DNA of 64,000 nucleotides from Flectonema sp. DT1601 (Eukaryota), in NCBI GenBank assembly GCA_964019425.1, contig OZ025789.1, forward strand, positions 992,001 through 1,056,000, given 5' to 3'. The notes under the pieces are model-generated. The model was given only the letters and a program-made list of their open reading frames with translations. It ran no database searches and was not told the origin of the DNA. The position numbers and the translations under genes are program-made. This document shows, one piece after another, positions 35,401 to 49,460 of the stretch (position 1 is its first letter; every line of letters starts with the position of its first letter).

Positions 35401-38400
35401 GCATTCTTCCTTTCTTCATAAAGAACTTAGCAACTTCTAAGTTGCTCATTCCCGTGATGAGTGCGCCAGTGTCGATGAGGGCGTGGAATGGAGGCTTTTG
35501 TTTAGCGATTGATATTAAAATGCTTCTAACAGTCCAACCCTTGTCTACTAAATGATAAGAGACTGTGTTACTCGAAGTGAGAGTATGAATTAATTGACCA
35601 TCAGTACACTTTTCATAATCACATCTTCCAAGTTCCTCAGGGAGGAGATCACTTGGTGTTCCTGAGAATCCTATTCTTGATTTGAAAATTACATTTGATC
35701 CCAACTCTTGTCCAGAAGCAGATAATTTCATAACCTGATGTCTCATGTACTCTGGGAAGATAATTTCTTCTAAGAACCAATGGATTACTTCTGGTGTTAG
35801 TCGGAGTAGTTTATAAAGTTTTGTAGTCTCTTCTCTGTTTGATTGTTTTAATTTCCTCAAAGGAACTACTTCCATAAACAGTCCATCAGTGATCATAACA
35901 ATTACGGCAGCGTAAGCAGCTGAAAGCATCTCTGTTTTCTTCTTTGGGTCCATGTGTACATCAAATGACTCACTTCTGATCATGTCACTATCAGCGTTCT
36001 CCATGTCCATACCGCTACCTTTTCTGTAGTCGAATGTCTGTAGTAGTTTTCCGTTAGCAGCGTCAATCCATCTTTCGTACATTTTATTTGTACGACGTTG
36101 GCTGTACTTTCCAACTTCTTTTTCAACAGTTGTGAGGACGGCTTTCATTACATCAGTGAAGTCAGTAGATCTCAATCCTTCATAACGATAGGCTAGTACT
36201 GTTAATCCAATCACGACGTCCGGATGAGCAAATTCAGAACTTTGAGAAGGTAAATCCTTTCCAATAAAAGGAATCGCAAGTTTGATACGAGAGCGAGGCA
36301 TTTGAGGATTTTCTTCAAGTGCACGATCGATATCAAAGCGAGTCATGATACCAAATGACACACGATCAATCTTTTGTAATACGTGAGGTAAGAAAGCATG
36401 CAACCAATCATAACCCAAGTTGAGTAGTTGAATATCATACTTTGGTACTGTTCTTTCAACAAGTTCCTTCATCTCCTTTCTCTTTTCAGGATTAGACAAG
36501 TAAGTGATAGTGTCTTGTTCTGATAGGGCTGTTGCGTGATGAGCTTCCAACCAAAGTTGTAACCACTGAGCCATAATAGGTTTTATCTGAGTTGTGTAGA
36601 ACTCTAAGTTCAACAGAATAACGTGAGGAGTATCTTGCAATGCTCTGCATTCGAACCCTCGTAGTAAGGCTTCGTCAAGAGCTGCTAGGATTCGTTTTGC
36701 TTTTGGTGAATCTTTAAAAGCGACAGCCATTCTTCCTAATTGATGATGAAAGATGGCATCCAATAAATGAATTGGCATTCTCCAACGTGTTGGTGCTAAA
36801 GGAAGATCGTGTTTCTCTCCGATCGGAAAGTTCAACTCTGACTTTAACGGATGAAGCAATAAGTCAACTTCGTCCATAACCAAAACAGCTTTATCTCTCC
36901 AAAGTACCAGTAGATCTTTTAAGTCGCGAGTCTCAACTTCGTGTTCTGGTGGTGGTGGTGGACGAGACTTGTCTTCAATTCTCTCCAAACCCTCAACAAA
37001 TTTTAAGTAAATTGATTTAAGCGATGACGGAGTAGTAACAACAACACCTCTGGTGACAGCTGCTCTTTTAAACTTTGCGACTACTTGAGAATCAATTTCA
37101 ACGGTACGATCACAAACAAATGAATAAATCTGTTTTGGAATTAGACAAGCAAACGTAGAACGTAAGACACCTCTTGAAAAGTCTAACAGAGAAGGAGGAA
37201 CTACCTGCATTAGTAAAGCATCTCCGTCAGCTGACATTAATACTACTAAAGGACCGACAACAGTTGTTTTACCCGCTCCCATGATCATTTGTTTAACGTG
37301 ACTGCGACCTTCTTGTAGGGATCTGACGAAGTTGCGAACCATATGAACTTGGGATTCCCTCAGTACGATGTTCCAGGTGAATTCAAATAATAAGAATCTA
37401 GGATCGAATAAATACGTATCTTTATTCTCCTCCTTCAACAAGTACGCTCTCTTCATTGTTAACGTTCTAGCAACAGCTCCGTTCTTCTGTTGCAATGCTG
37501 CCAACCTTGCTAAGATTTTGTCTTCATGAACAATTTCTTTTGTATCTTGTAGACTCTCAAGTAGTTCAATAAATCCCGACAACTCTTCTTTTATTTTATT
37601 ACAATGACCAACTCTACTTGTTGACAAGACAGCAAGTATAGTTAATTGTGTGACTTCATTGAGGGTGGATTCTTCAATGAAGGGATTTAGTTTTGATAAA
37701 TCACCTTTAAGATCTGAACTAATCAGAGATCCGAGTATGTATTCCAACCAAATATCTACTTCGAGTCGAGAGAATCGACGGAGTTGGTAGGCAAGAGCAT
37801 CAGCATCGTTGCAATGGTCAGGAACTTTGTTAACAGTTTCGATAATCGTTGGAAGGGATCGTTCAAGAAAGTCAGTATCGTGTTGATGAAGTTCTGATAC
37901 TTCAGATTTCAAGATCTGAAGTCGTTTTATAATTCCCTCGACTTGTGTTGGTGACGTTACAATGTCGCGGAGTTTATCACCAACTCCAATGTCTTTGAGA
38001 ACTGCGATGGTTTCTGAGTTACACTTCTCAGAAAATGACATCATATCATCGTGTAATCTCTTTATCATTAATTGAGCTACTTCACTTCTTGATGATGGAT
38101 GGCTTTCAACATCAAATGGAAGTTTACTACCGACCTTTGTAAGGCCTCGTTCTTCTCTATTTAGAGAGTCTAAGTTACCTGCCAGAGTTGGAACCACTTT
38201 CAGAGGATTCGTAGCAAAAGCAGCTAACTGCTCGCTGGTGCAGATTCTGTCAATGCCCATGGCAGCGTAGTTTTCAACATTTTTGACTAGCGCCGCATCG
38301 AGTCTTCGTGACTTGCAAGCTGAATCACTGAGAGCTGGCAGGCAAGATGTGCTCAAGAGAGAGACGTTAGTTGATCTTTCAGTTAGTCTGTGGACTATTT

Positions 38401-41400
38401 GAATTTTGTTTTTAGCCTTTGGAATCTTCGTCTGATTCTGATGGTCTGGTCTGACCAACTTATCATTTTGATAACGCTCCTGTAACTTCCATTGTAAGTC
38501 TCTCATAAAGGCTGAGAATGCTACCACACTATCATTCCAGTTTCTGCATGATCTGATTTCTTTGTCTTTTCTATCAGGTGCCCATAGAGGTAGGTCTTCC
38601 ATAAGTTCAGGGTCGTGTTTAATTGCTTGAAGAGCAGCTATTAAGTATTTGTGCATATCCCACTTACGATCTTTATCTTTACAGTAGAAGCAGAATGGAA
38701 GAAGTAACCAAAAGAAACATTTTCCTTCGAGTGTTGACTTTCTAAGTTTTACAACAGTTTCTCCAGTAAGAAGTTCCAGGAATAAGAGGAACGATGTCGA
38801 TGGTCTGCCGCTTCCGCAGATGTCGATTTTCTGATGTGCGACGTAAGCACTTTGCATTTCCTTTACTTTCTGAAGGATGTCGTATCCTCGGATTTGACGA
38901 GCAAACGCGTGGTTTTGAATTCTAACTGGTCTTGGTTCCTTTAAGTTTTCGTAAAAAGCATCGAAATTAAGAAACAAATCCTTTCCTAATTTTGGTACAT
39001 CAACTCTGGCTTCAGTTTTACCCAAATCTTCAGCTTTCACATACCTAGTGTGATTACGAAGAAGACAATGAACAAATGGTTTCTTACAGAATGCTATTGC
39101 TTGAGTTTGATGACGTTTAAACATTCTGGCGACTCGAACAACTTCTCCGTACGGACATCTAATTCCTAACTCTTCTCGTAGAGCTTTTTGTAAACCAGAT
39201 ACGAAACCTTTTAATAAACGACGTTCATTAACAGTTCCTTCTAATATTGATTGATAAGCCATAGTAAGCCTTGATTCAAGGATACCCCAAGGGGTCTTAT
39301 CACGTTTAGCATGTTCAGCAACAATAGACATCTTCTTCTCTGTTGTGTCAGCCATCCACATTAGAAGTAGTTCTTCCTGTTGACTGAGTCGGCAAGTTGC
39401 TGCAATCTTTGATCGTTTCATCAGATAAAAGAATACTTCTCTAGGTACGTACCAAGACAATTCAAGAGGAGAATCAACCGTTTGAAGTGAAACTCGACAT
39501 CTACAGGCATGAGCTTCTGGATGAACATCCTGAACATTACCGACGGCGTTAAATATTTGCTGTTCTTGTTTTGTAAGTGAAGCATCAGTTCCAACAGTAC
39601 CAGCTAATCTGAAACTATCATCATAAAGTCTTCCTAAGAATCTCAATAATAATAAATAAAGAGAAGATGCTAACGTTGGTGTTAATAAGAATGACAGCGA
39701 AACATGAACTGGATACAAGAAGTACCTCGTGTCACAATTCTCTAACCAATAATTATCTGATCTATTTATAACAAGTTCTGTTGTAAAAGGATTGTCTTCA
39801 ATTTTTGGACGAGCCAAAGCAAACGCCGGCACCAATACAGACATTTCTCCGTTAACATCCTGCAGCAGTAATGAGTGAGGGGCTCCCTGAATCAATCTTA
39901 CAGTCAATTCGTTTCTAAAGTTAGAAACGTATAAGTGCGCGTGATCCAACGACACCAACTGTGTTCCTTGAGCAGTTGCTCTTCCTTTGAAACTTAATTT
40001 CAATCTCGGTAAGTGAACCCATGTTAAATCTATTGGCTCTCCATCTTTAAGAGAAAGATTATTTGTCCACACTAAGATGTGAGAAAGGTTTTCCATTCTC
40101 ATCAACAGCTGAGCGAGAGAGTAGAGCGGAGATCCTTTTTTAGTATGAAGCAGATTGAGAAGAAGGAGATCTTGATCTTCAGCTTGGGTAGCAGTCTTAC
40201 TTTGTTGTTGTGGTTCTTGTTCTTCTTCATCATAACCTCCAACAAATGATGATGCGTTACGTCTTCGTCCATCTTCTGTGAAGTCATCAGTCATCTCTCT
40301 CGCAAGGGAGTCACTTGCCATTGTTGATGTTCTTATCATTTCAACTTCTTCCATGTCAGGGAGATCTTCAGCTTGAGCCTTCTCTCTGAGCTTCTTACGT
40401 TCCTTTGTTTTTGGACATGTTTCAGCAAGAGCGTATCTAATGACTCTCGCTGTTGTAAAACTTTCACTCATCGGGTTGAAGTTGACATCTCTCAACTGAA
40501 TGAATAGAAGATGACGTGGCTTTGATGTTCCTTCTCCAGCCTTTGGCATTATTGGATATCCTCTTAGACAGTCTTGAGAGTCTTGCCAGAACAAGTGAGT
40601 CTCTAATAAACAAGAAGGGATTAAACCAAACAGTAATCGAGAAGGAATGTATTGTTCTACACAACCAGCTTTGTTTAACTCGTTTTCGATGTGTCGCAAG
40701 ATGATGACGTCTCTTTTGGATCCGAGTTTTTCATCGAGGTCACCTGCCTCGTGTTTAAAGACCAATTCTTTAGCTGTTCTTCTCTCAGAGAAGTCTGGTT
40801 GAAGAGATCTCAAACACGCTCTTGAATCAGATGCGTACACTAATGATCTGTAATGACGTCTTCCAAAACTGTAAACGCTGTAGATGTGAACACTTTTGTA
40901 GTGTCGGTAACAATAGATTTCGTAAGCTTTTTCACCAGAGAAGAAATCAACAGCTTCCAGATAAGCGCCAACTTCAGAATCCATCGTCCGTTTCTCAGGC
41001 ATGTATATCAGGTATTCCATCCATTCGATGGATCTCTTTCTGATTGGGTCCAGTAGAGGTTGGATCCATCTTTCATTCTCTTCTAACTCATCAGGGTATT
41101 CTCTATCACATTGTGGAAGAACAACTCTACCATCAGATGTCTTCCAATATTGGACATCATGTCCTCTCCCAACAAGTCGATACCAATTCCTGTTTGAAGC
41201 AATCTCAACAGTAGCACATTGAATTGTTTTTAACTTGTTAGCGAGTGCTGCAAAGACTCTGGCAATGTCGACAGTCTTTGCGATGGGGTCTGGGAGGGCT
41301 TTTAAATGACCAGATTTAAAAGTGAATTGATAAGTCATAACAGAGACTTCAACTGTTTTATCGAATTCAGCGCAGAAACTAACACTCGGATGGAGTTTTG

Positions 41401-44400
41401 TGATTCCAGAATGACCTGCGTCTTCATGAACTTCTTTAGCAAGGTCTGGAAGAGGTGGTCGTTTGAATCCAATTTCGAGAACTCTCTTCAAACCTCTTGA
41501 GACTCTATCTCTTCCATCACGATTTAATAGTTTTCCGTCTTCACCAATTATAATCAATTGAGGAACACCTTCAACGTCAAATAAGATGTCCAAACCCTTT
41601 CTCCTTTCCATTTCATTGTATGGAATAGTCAACCAGTCACCATGAGCTTCTTTGTAGTACTTCTCCATGTCTTCTTGAGTTCGGTCACTTGAACAGAAAA
41701 CAATTTCAAACTCCGGATGTGTTTTCTTATAATTCTCATAAAACCTTTTTAACATTGGTGTGAAAATCTTACAAGGTGGACACCACTCAGCTGAGAAGTA
41801 AATACCGTAGAGTTTTCCTTCAAGACGATCTTCGTATTTAATAGAATCACCAGCCTTGTTAGTAAACCATTCACCGATAGCATCTTTTATTGAAGATGGT
41901 TTTGGTCCTTCTGCTTCAACGAGTCTACGTGGATGTAAACACTGATGAGTAAACCTTCCAACAGAGGAGTAACCTTCAACAAATGACCAACTGAAAGAAG
42001 GATCTTCCGGAAGTGGTTTTCTCCCTCCGGTTGATGTCGCCACTCGGACAACACCATCGAGGACTTCTGTCAGTACGATAGGACCTCCTGAACATAAATA
42101 ATTCGTCATTCTACGTCTCTGGAGTTGCATTACTTCGTACACTTCAGTTTCTGGAATAATTAAACCAGACGTATTCCACGTGTGTCTTAAAGTTAAAAAG
42201 ATTGCACTACTCAATATCGATGACGCAACGTTTGTCGACATTGGTGAGTTCCTTCTAAGAACAACTATGTGAGCCTGTAACTTTGCGACCAGTACGGTTA
42301 TTTTATCGATTTCTGATGTGCTTCTGATGACGGTCGTGCCTTCAGCAGTCTTACCAGTGACACGTTGCATTGCTTCAGTTGTCCAGGTTTCAAGCATTGG
42401 ACAGAGTTTTTCATTTAAAACTCGTTGGAATTGTCTTTGAAATCCTTTCAATGATGTAAGAGATTCTTTACTAATTGGAGTGATACCTCTGAGTTCGTGA
42501 TTATCCCAACCAGATTCAAAGGTTCCATTCTTTGAAGCAAATGCTATAATAAACCACAAGTAATTATAAACTCTACTAATCAACCTAACTAAGTACAACA
42601 TAACATCAACAGCAGTACTATTCATAACTGTTCCACTGTCAAGCTCAATTGCCAATGTTAACAATTGGACTAAAGGTTTTACAATACCTTCTGGACTGTG
42701 TTGAAGTTCATTTATTAAAAGTCCGTATGGGGTTGCGAGTAGCTCATCATTTTCTGTTGGTACCATTTGCGGTGATACGTCAGTGTGCATAATCTTTTGA
42801 TATCTTCCAGGTTCGAATAAAACAGAATCTAACACTTGTTGCATTGATGGAGCTCTCAGTAGTGAGACTCTGTCTTCGGTGCTGAAGAAGTGAAGCACAA
42901 GAGGAATTCTAATGTATGGTGCTGTCAGATATGAAAGAAGTAATTCAGAGTCTCGTTGACCGACTACATCACCAAATGACGGAAGTGACTTGATATGCAA
43001 CACATCATCTTCATGAATAGCTTCTAATGGATACGTAAATCTACTTGCGATCGCATATGACGGCCATCGATGTCTATCTGGTCTTGCCATTGGAACTAAA
43101 GATCTACCAAAGGCGCTAACAATGTATTTATCTCTGTACGTATCCATATCCCAGATCAATTGTGCAGAGTGTTGGCTGTATGTAGTTATGGAAGGGAATC
43201 CACCAGGCATAGTATTCATAAAGAATTTAAAATAAAAGATGATATCTCTGTACGGTTTGAATTCAGGAAAGTTCTTTTGAATAAGAAAATGAGGATCAGT
43301 ATTCTTAAACAAATAGTCATGTGGTGCTGATAGTGGAAACGCTTCATAACGAGCAAGTTGGAAGAGAAGACGCGTCGCTCCAGCATGCCTGTCAAGTCCA
43401 GCCTCCCACATGAAGATTACTTTTTCCTGCGGGATAGTTTCGTGCAGGGATTCAAAGTAATCAAGAATTGCAGTTCTCGCAATTACTAACTCAGGAGAGG
43501 TTACTTTAATAGTTTCTGATTGCTTAGCGTACGCACCAGTGTTTGGAGCGAATCCTGCTTCTTCTTTGAAACCAGCAAGATGTTCACAAAACCTACTCGG
43601 CTCGTCAACCGCATGCTGCCTCATGACACAATCAGCGATGGCAGCAATAGCTCCAGACACAGTGATTCTAACTCCATCAAACTCTGGTGTAGCTCTGAGT
43701 GAAAAACAATTAGCTGCCCAGTGTTCCATCAGTCTTCCAAGAAGCAACATTAAGTCTAATTGCTGACTGTAAGTTATCGGCTGTCTCCAAATACAATCTG
43801 GATGACCATATCTTGGTATTGGAAGTACCCAAATAAAGACATGTTGGATTAATGACATCGATAAGAACACATGATTCTTAATCATATCACGTTGAACCAT
43901 TACACGAGTACAAAGAGTATCAGCGTGTCGAAGAGCTGATAAAGCTTCTTTTAGTGATCGAACAGAGTCGGGTACAAGAAGAAAGTTAGCTGGGAGAAAG
44001 TTTGCCTCCGGAACCTTTTCACCAATCAAGTGTTCAACGTCGTCAATACGACGCATGAATTCCATTGCAGGAAACAAATCATTTTGAATGCTGAGATCAT
44101 TTCCAGAATCTAAATCCAATGCTGGTGGTGCGTCTGCCAGGACATCTGGTGATCTCTCGACAAGGATTCCTTCAACCTTTTGAAGTGATGCTAAAACTGT
44201 ACTTAAATGAGCTTTACTCTTACAGATTCCTGGTGCTGATGTTGCTGCTCCAGCTACCTGTTCACAACCGAGTCTAATTAATCGTCGATGAGCAGACGGA
44301 ATATTTTCAACAACATTCATATCATTTATCATCCAAGAGAGCAACTGATGTCTCATATTAAATTTTAACAATTTTCTAACTGGCTTTCTTACCTTCTGTC

Positions 44401-46417
44401 TTGCTAATATGTATGCAGCTGCGTGGTGAAGACACTTCCAGAATTGACCTCCTCCAGCGGAAGGCATCTTAATTTCTTGTTCTTCATAAGTGTCAGCAAT
44501 CATACTTTCATAAGTCTTTCCAGGATGAAGCCAGTTGAGATAATGAGTGTAGAATAGATCTTCTCGGGCCCATTCTCCAAATGGGATGGCAAATATCCAC
44601 CAGGACTTGTCTTTAATTAATTCATAATTTACATCGTCTAATGACACACAGGTATGTTGACGGATTCCAGCAGGGATGTCGGCCATTTTTGGATGGAATT
44701 CAGTGTGAGGATTTGTGTTTACGATAGTAACTCGGCATCTTCTGTCTTTCTTAAGTTCAACAATTAATAACATCGGTTGTTGTGTTACGGGGAATATCGC
44801 AGTCTGACCAGGAAGGAGGTTATCAAGCTGTTCACCAATGTCGTGAACGAGTAGCTCCATATGAGTGTGAAAGTTCCATCGTTTGTACTTCGAGTATCTT
44901 TGAAAAACAGGAACAGATGCTGCAAAAGTCTTTAAAACATATTGTAAAGAAGCGTACTCATCAGGAGCCATTCCTAACCAATGCTGCTGTTCAAGAACAA
45001 CATCACGAAGAAGTCTTGTAAAGACCTGAACACCAGGATAACAAGCAACATCATTACTAAAATGATAACTTAAGAACTCAGCTGTATAAGTCTGATGACA
45101 CCAAACAGGTATCGTATCGTCTGCCATCATCCATCCGAGTGATAATTCAGATTTCTCATTACGTTCAACAAGTAGTTTGTATTCCTCTTCTTTTAGTGCC
45201 TTAGACTCGTATGATGCTTTAAGAGCAGAGAGTCTTGTCTCAAGATTATTACCGCTCAGTTTGTTTGCTAGCTTCCTACGTTCGTAGATATCGAAGGCAT
45301 CGCAGGCTGATTTTTCAGCGAATTGAAGTTGTTCAACGTCGAGAGCGTCAGCAGCTAATGGAAGAATTTTACCAACCTGGTTGATGGCTGCGCGTTGTCT
45401 TGTTCTGAGGTCTTCTAAAGATGCGAATAGTAGCTTCTCAAAGGAATCAATATCACGAGCAGAACTAACGAGAGTCCATAAAGATGAAGGTGGTAACTTT
45501 CTGTCATATTTAACATCTAAAGCAATCAACTGAGCGACTCTACTGTGTGCGACACCCTGGCTGTCACAAATATCGTCGAGGGAACTATCAATAATTCGTC
45601 TGTATGATCTGTAGTAGTATGACAGTTGTCCAGTTCCACTTGTTAGTTTTTCACAATTCTTATCGAGCCATGTTTTAATTCTATCAACAGCCCAAACACC
45701 ATGATGTCTTACCCAGAATGATAAGAATTCAAGAATGCTGTTATCATTTACTTCAATCAAGAGACCGAATCGACCTGCGTAGACTTCTTCAGCCATTGAT
45801 GTAAATGTCATTCGTAGATACCGTCCGATTGCAGGGACTCCAAAATAGGTTTTTTCAGTACTCTCGTGATCTTCAACTGCACCCCATTCCATTCCGTCGT
45901 CGACGAGTTCCCAAAGTTCTCCGTCTTCGCTGACTTCCGCAGTGAAGGAAGTGACCCACTCGTATTTACTACCGTGTGCTTTCATTACAACACCTCCAAT
46001 AGGTCTGATTGATCCTGCATCAAGTTGGTACCATGCTGTTTCGTAACAGTCACCTGATACCCAACCATAAGGTGAACTTAACTTACCAGTTGCACACTCT
46101 TCAGGACCATCAGTATCAGAACAATTACTGTAAGTGTGGTAGGCGAGTGGTAGATCTGCTGTTGTCCATCTTTTACGAGATTCTTCCTCATCGTCGTCAT
46201 CTTCAAAAGGTACTATTTTCTCAACTCTATTTCTCAAATCAGTCGGAAGGGAATATCTCGCGTGGTCCATTACTTCTTCAAGAAGTTCTATCATCTTATG
46301 TGTCGCATCAGTTTCTTCTTCTTCAACCTCACCATACAGTCTAGCAGGGTATGCTTGTGGTTTTGATGGTTCTCCGTAGAGACTACTCACGTCATACAAA
46401 TCATCGTGGGCCGCCAT
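29438..46417 (-). CDS. Giant multidomain DUF3638/DUF3645-type protein (~5635 aa, 2 exons)
   Basis: 15.8-kb exon joined in frame by GT-AG intron 30512-30583 to the 29438 ORF. Discoidin (F5/8C) N-domain, WCPPC thioredoxin-like domain, QMIMGAGKTT / MDEVD helicase-like core, LAIPFIGKDLPSQSSEFAHPDVVIG, GFSGTP, EF-hand pair, SPRY and a coiled-coil tail. Confidence 0.9.
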
Positions 46418-47284
46418 TTTTATTCACAGACCCGGACAAGTAGGTTAGTTTGAAAGGATAAAAGTTTTTTTGTTTTATTTTTTTTCAAATAGTTCTTTGT
46501 GTGTGTTTTTCTTTGTTTTTTTTTTTTTTTGTTATTTATTTATAGCGTGTTTCTTTTTTTTTTTTTTTTTTAGTTAGTGTTTTTTTTTTAAAGTGTATTT
46601 TTGTCTGGTTTTTTTTTTTTTCAAAGTTTTTTTTTTAAATTTCTTTTTTTTTTTTTTTTGCTTATTCAAAATATGTAAGACGCTGAAAGGTCTATTGAGT
46701 TTCGACTAACAAAAATTTCCTGCCGCGTTCGTGTTAGGTTTGTTAGCGTCGCAGTAAAAACTTAAAGGTATAAAGAATCGTTCGGCAAAGGGTCAGGGAA
46801 GTAGAACAAATAAAAAAAGAATAAAAGGTATGCAAACGGAGTAAGGGAAGAAGAAAAAAAAACTTAACCTAAAAATAAACAAAAACCTATTGTCCGGGTG
46901 AGTGTAGCGAGACCCAACAAAGAATAAACCTGTGGGATGAATTAAGATTATTGTTTTTTTGTTTTTTAACTTTAATACATAACTCAGTCAGAATTGATCG
47001 GAACCATTGACAAGATCGACCTGTCTTGAAAAGAGGATTTTTTCTTTGAGTTTCTGCAAGGTAAATAAAAAAGACTTTCACAATAAACATCAACGAATAC
47101 TTTTCTACTCTCGTGAATATCATACGCGTGGTCTATGACCGAATGCCTACTAACTGACACTACTCGCTGAATCCTCAACACTGACACAAGCCTGGCTAAC
47201 TCAGAGCTGCTAGTGTCAGTTTGGAAAACAGCAGCCATGGAGATGGAACAACAAACGTGATCCGAATTTACTTCCTCTGATTCA

Positions 47285-48282
47285 TCACTCATCGGTACTC
47301 TCTTTCGCTACAGGTGGTAACTTAATTAACATCAAAGATATACCTGAGTGTGTGTGTGTTGGTGTTGGTGTGGAGTTAGTTATTAATTAATATTCATACC
47401 TGTAATGTTCTCACCTAGGTTGGTAAACTCTGCTACGAAACCAATATCAAAATCACACTGTTGGGAATTTTGTTGTTTTCTAATACACTTTTTGATTGAT
47501 GTGATTGTTTACTTTACTCTATTCGGTTTACATAAACATACCTCTTCGTCTTGCTTGCAGTAGTTTCTTGCAAATCCAATCCCTAGCGCAGCGTTCTCTA
47601 CTGCCTCGGCACCAACTCCTCTGACAGTGACGTTGCGCCCACCGGCGATATTTTGCTGTTTGTTGATTATAAGTGATTATAAAGTATTAAATAAATAAAA
47701 CATAGCAGTGAGGTAGTTGCAAACCTTAATAGCAGCTGCCAGGTTACGTGGAAGAGTTCTCGCTGCTACGGTTAAAATTCTTTCATCTTCACGTTCCTTA
47801 ACTGTGAGAACTTCTACGTTATTGTATAGCAAGATATGAGCTCCTAGTTTTGGCATAGTTTGGGTGGTGCGCTCGTATGCCACGACACGGGCATTTTCGA
47901 TTCTTCCAATGATTCCCTTTTCTTCACGTTCCATAAAGTTACGTGCTACAGCACTTGCTTTAATAGCTTGATTGACGGCGCGTGAACCAATGGCTCTCAT
48001 ACCAGCGCTTTCATACTCTCTTAGAGCATAGCAACATGCTCCTGCTACTTTATTAACAGGTGATCCACCTCCGATAAAGAAATCGTTTGTTGCCATTTTG
48101 TCTTTGTCTTGGTTAACGTCTACTTTGGAAGGATCACCTCCGACAATCGCTTGTTCTTTTAGTGGTTGGTTTTCTGATTGGTTACTTTCACTATTCCATC
48201 TTACTTGATGATGGTGATTTAACCGATTAGCGGATATCCCAAATACACGAGATCCTCTTATAAGTCCTGACAGTAATCTCAT
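47285..48282 (-). CDS. Tandem SpoVS-domain protein with a predicted mitochondrial presequence (~262 aa, 4 exons)
   Basis: SPVNKVAGA..MRAIGSRAVNQAIKASAVARNF and TLPRNLAAAI..VRGVGAEAVENAALGIGFARNY match SpoVS. Introns 47656-47724, 47458-47541 and 47344-47399 are all GT-AG and frame-preserving. Confidence 0.82.
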
Positions 48283-48676
48283 TATGTTATTATTATTTAG
48301 TGTTTTTGTATTCTTTTTGGGTTTTATAAAAAAAAAAAGGTATCATTTTGAAAAAAAACATATAATTCCACATCAGTGCTTTAGGTTAGCACAAAAATTC
48401 AGTTGATCATTCGGTAACAAATATAATATTACTAGAAAAAAAAAAGATTAAAAAAAAAAACACACGTGCGAAAAGTAATTTAAGTTTTTTTTTTTTTTTT
48501 ATGTCAAAAAAAGAAAAAGAAAATAAAGAGTTCCCCTTAAAACCTTCTTATTAAGATGTCGGGTAGTAGGGTAATTTCTTTTATAATGAATCAGAACTGA
48601 AAGAAGAAAACTTCTAAAACGAATTCACACGATCGAATACAATAAGTCAGTGAGTGTTCCCTGCTTGAGCAGGAAA

Positions 48677-48707
<31 letters not shown>

Positions 48708-49460
48708 CGGAGTAATTTTTCGTTTCTCTCACTGAACGACGTAGTGAGTGGAACAGAAATTAAATTTACTTGCAAAGTAAGAAGGCCAGCAATTCGCATA
48801 CATTCCATCTAACATGAGAAAGAAGAGACGGATAGATATCAGCGAGAAACACGACATTCACAACAAGAGGTGAGCTCAAACTACATGCTCGGTGATAAGC
48901 AGTCAGATTTCCATCATTGGTTCGCACACTTAACTTCAGAAACAGTAAAGCAATTGAACACTTGAAGAAAACTACCTGCCTAACGCTCTGGCAAGTCGTT
49001 GATATAAAATGGGAAATGGATGGGAAGTTTTTTTGTACGCAAAAAAAAATAAAAACAAAAAATAAAAAAAGAATACTTCCTCCTATTTCTGTTTCTGTAG
49101 TACTTCGCTATAGTAATTTCCATTCAACAAAATCGAGTAATAATTACAGTTATGGTCGTGGGGACTTATTCTCGTGAATTTGGGATGGAAAAATTATTCG
49201 TATAAAGCCCTACATGTACAGTTATAAATAATTTACTAACAATCGGTGTAAAAAGAAGCCATTCCCGCAGTGATATTGAAGGTGAGTGTGTTTCTACATC
49301 GAGAGCACAAACTTCTAAAACGTTATGAATTCAACACAGAGAACATTTCATCACTCGGTTGGAAGTTTCGCAACAGTGGCAACGCAAAGCAATTCAAAAT
49401 CAGTTTTGTTTTTTTGTTTTGTTTTGTTTTTTTTTTTAAAAAAAAACTGATTTGGATTTC

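Noticed and set aside
95..45021. Numerous short + strand ORFs
   Set aside because: They are antisense shadows of minus-strand genes or low-complexity intergenic frames.
46984..47292. 102-aa ORF
   Set aside because: It overlaps the stop codon of the SpoVS gene, has no acceptor of its own and no motif; probably 3' UTR.
49327..49356. U6 snRNA-like AATTCAACACAGAGAA
   Set aside because: The invariant GATTAGC after ACAGAGAA is absent (CATTTCA instead), and no U6 stem-loops are evident.
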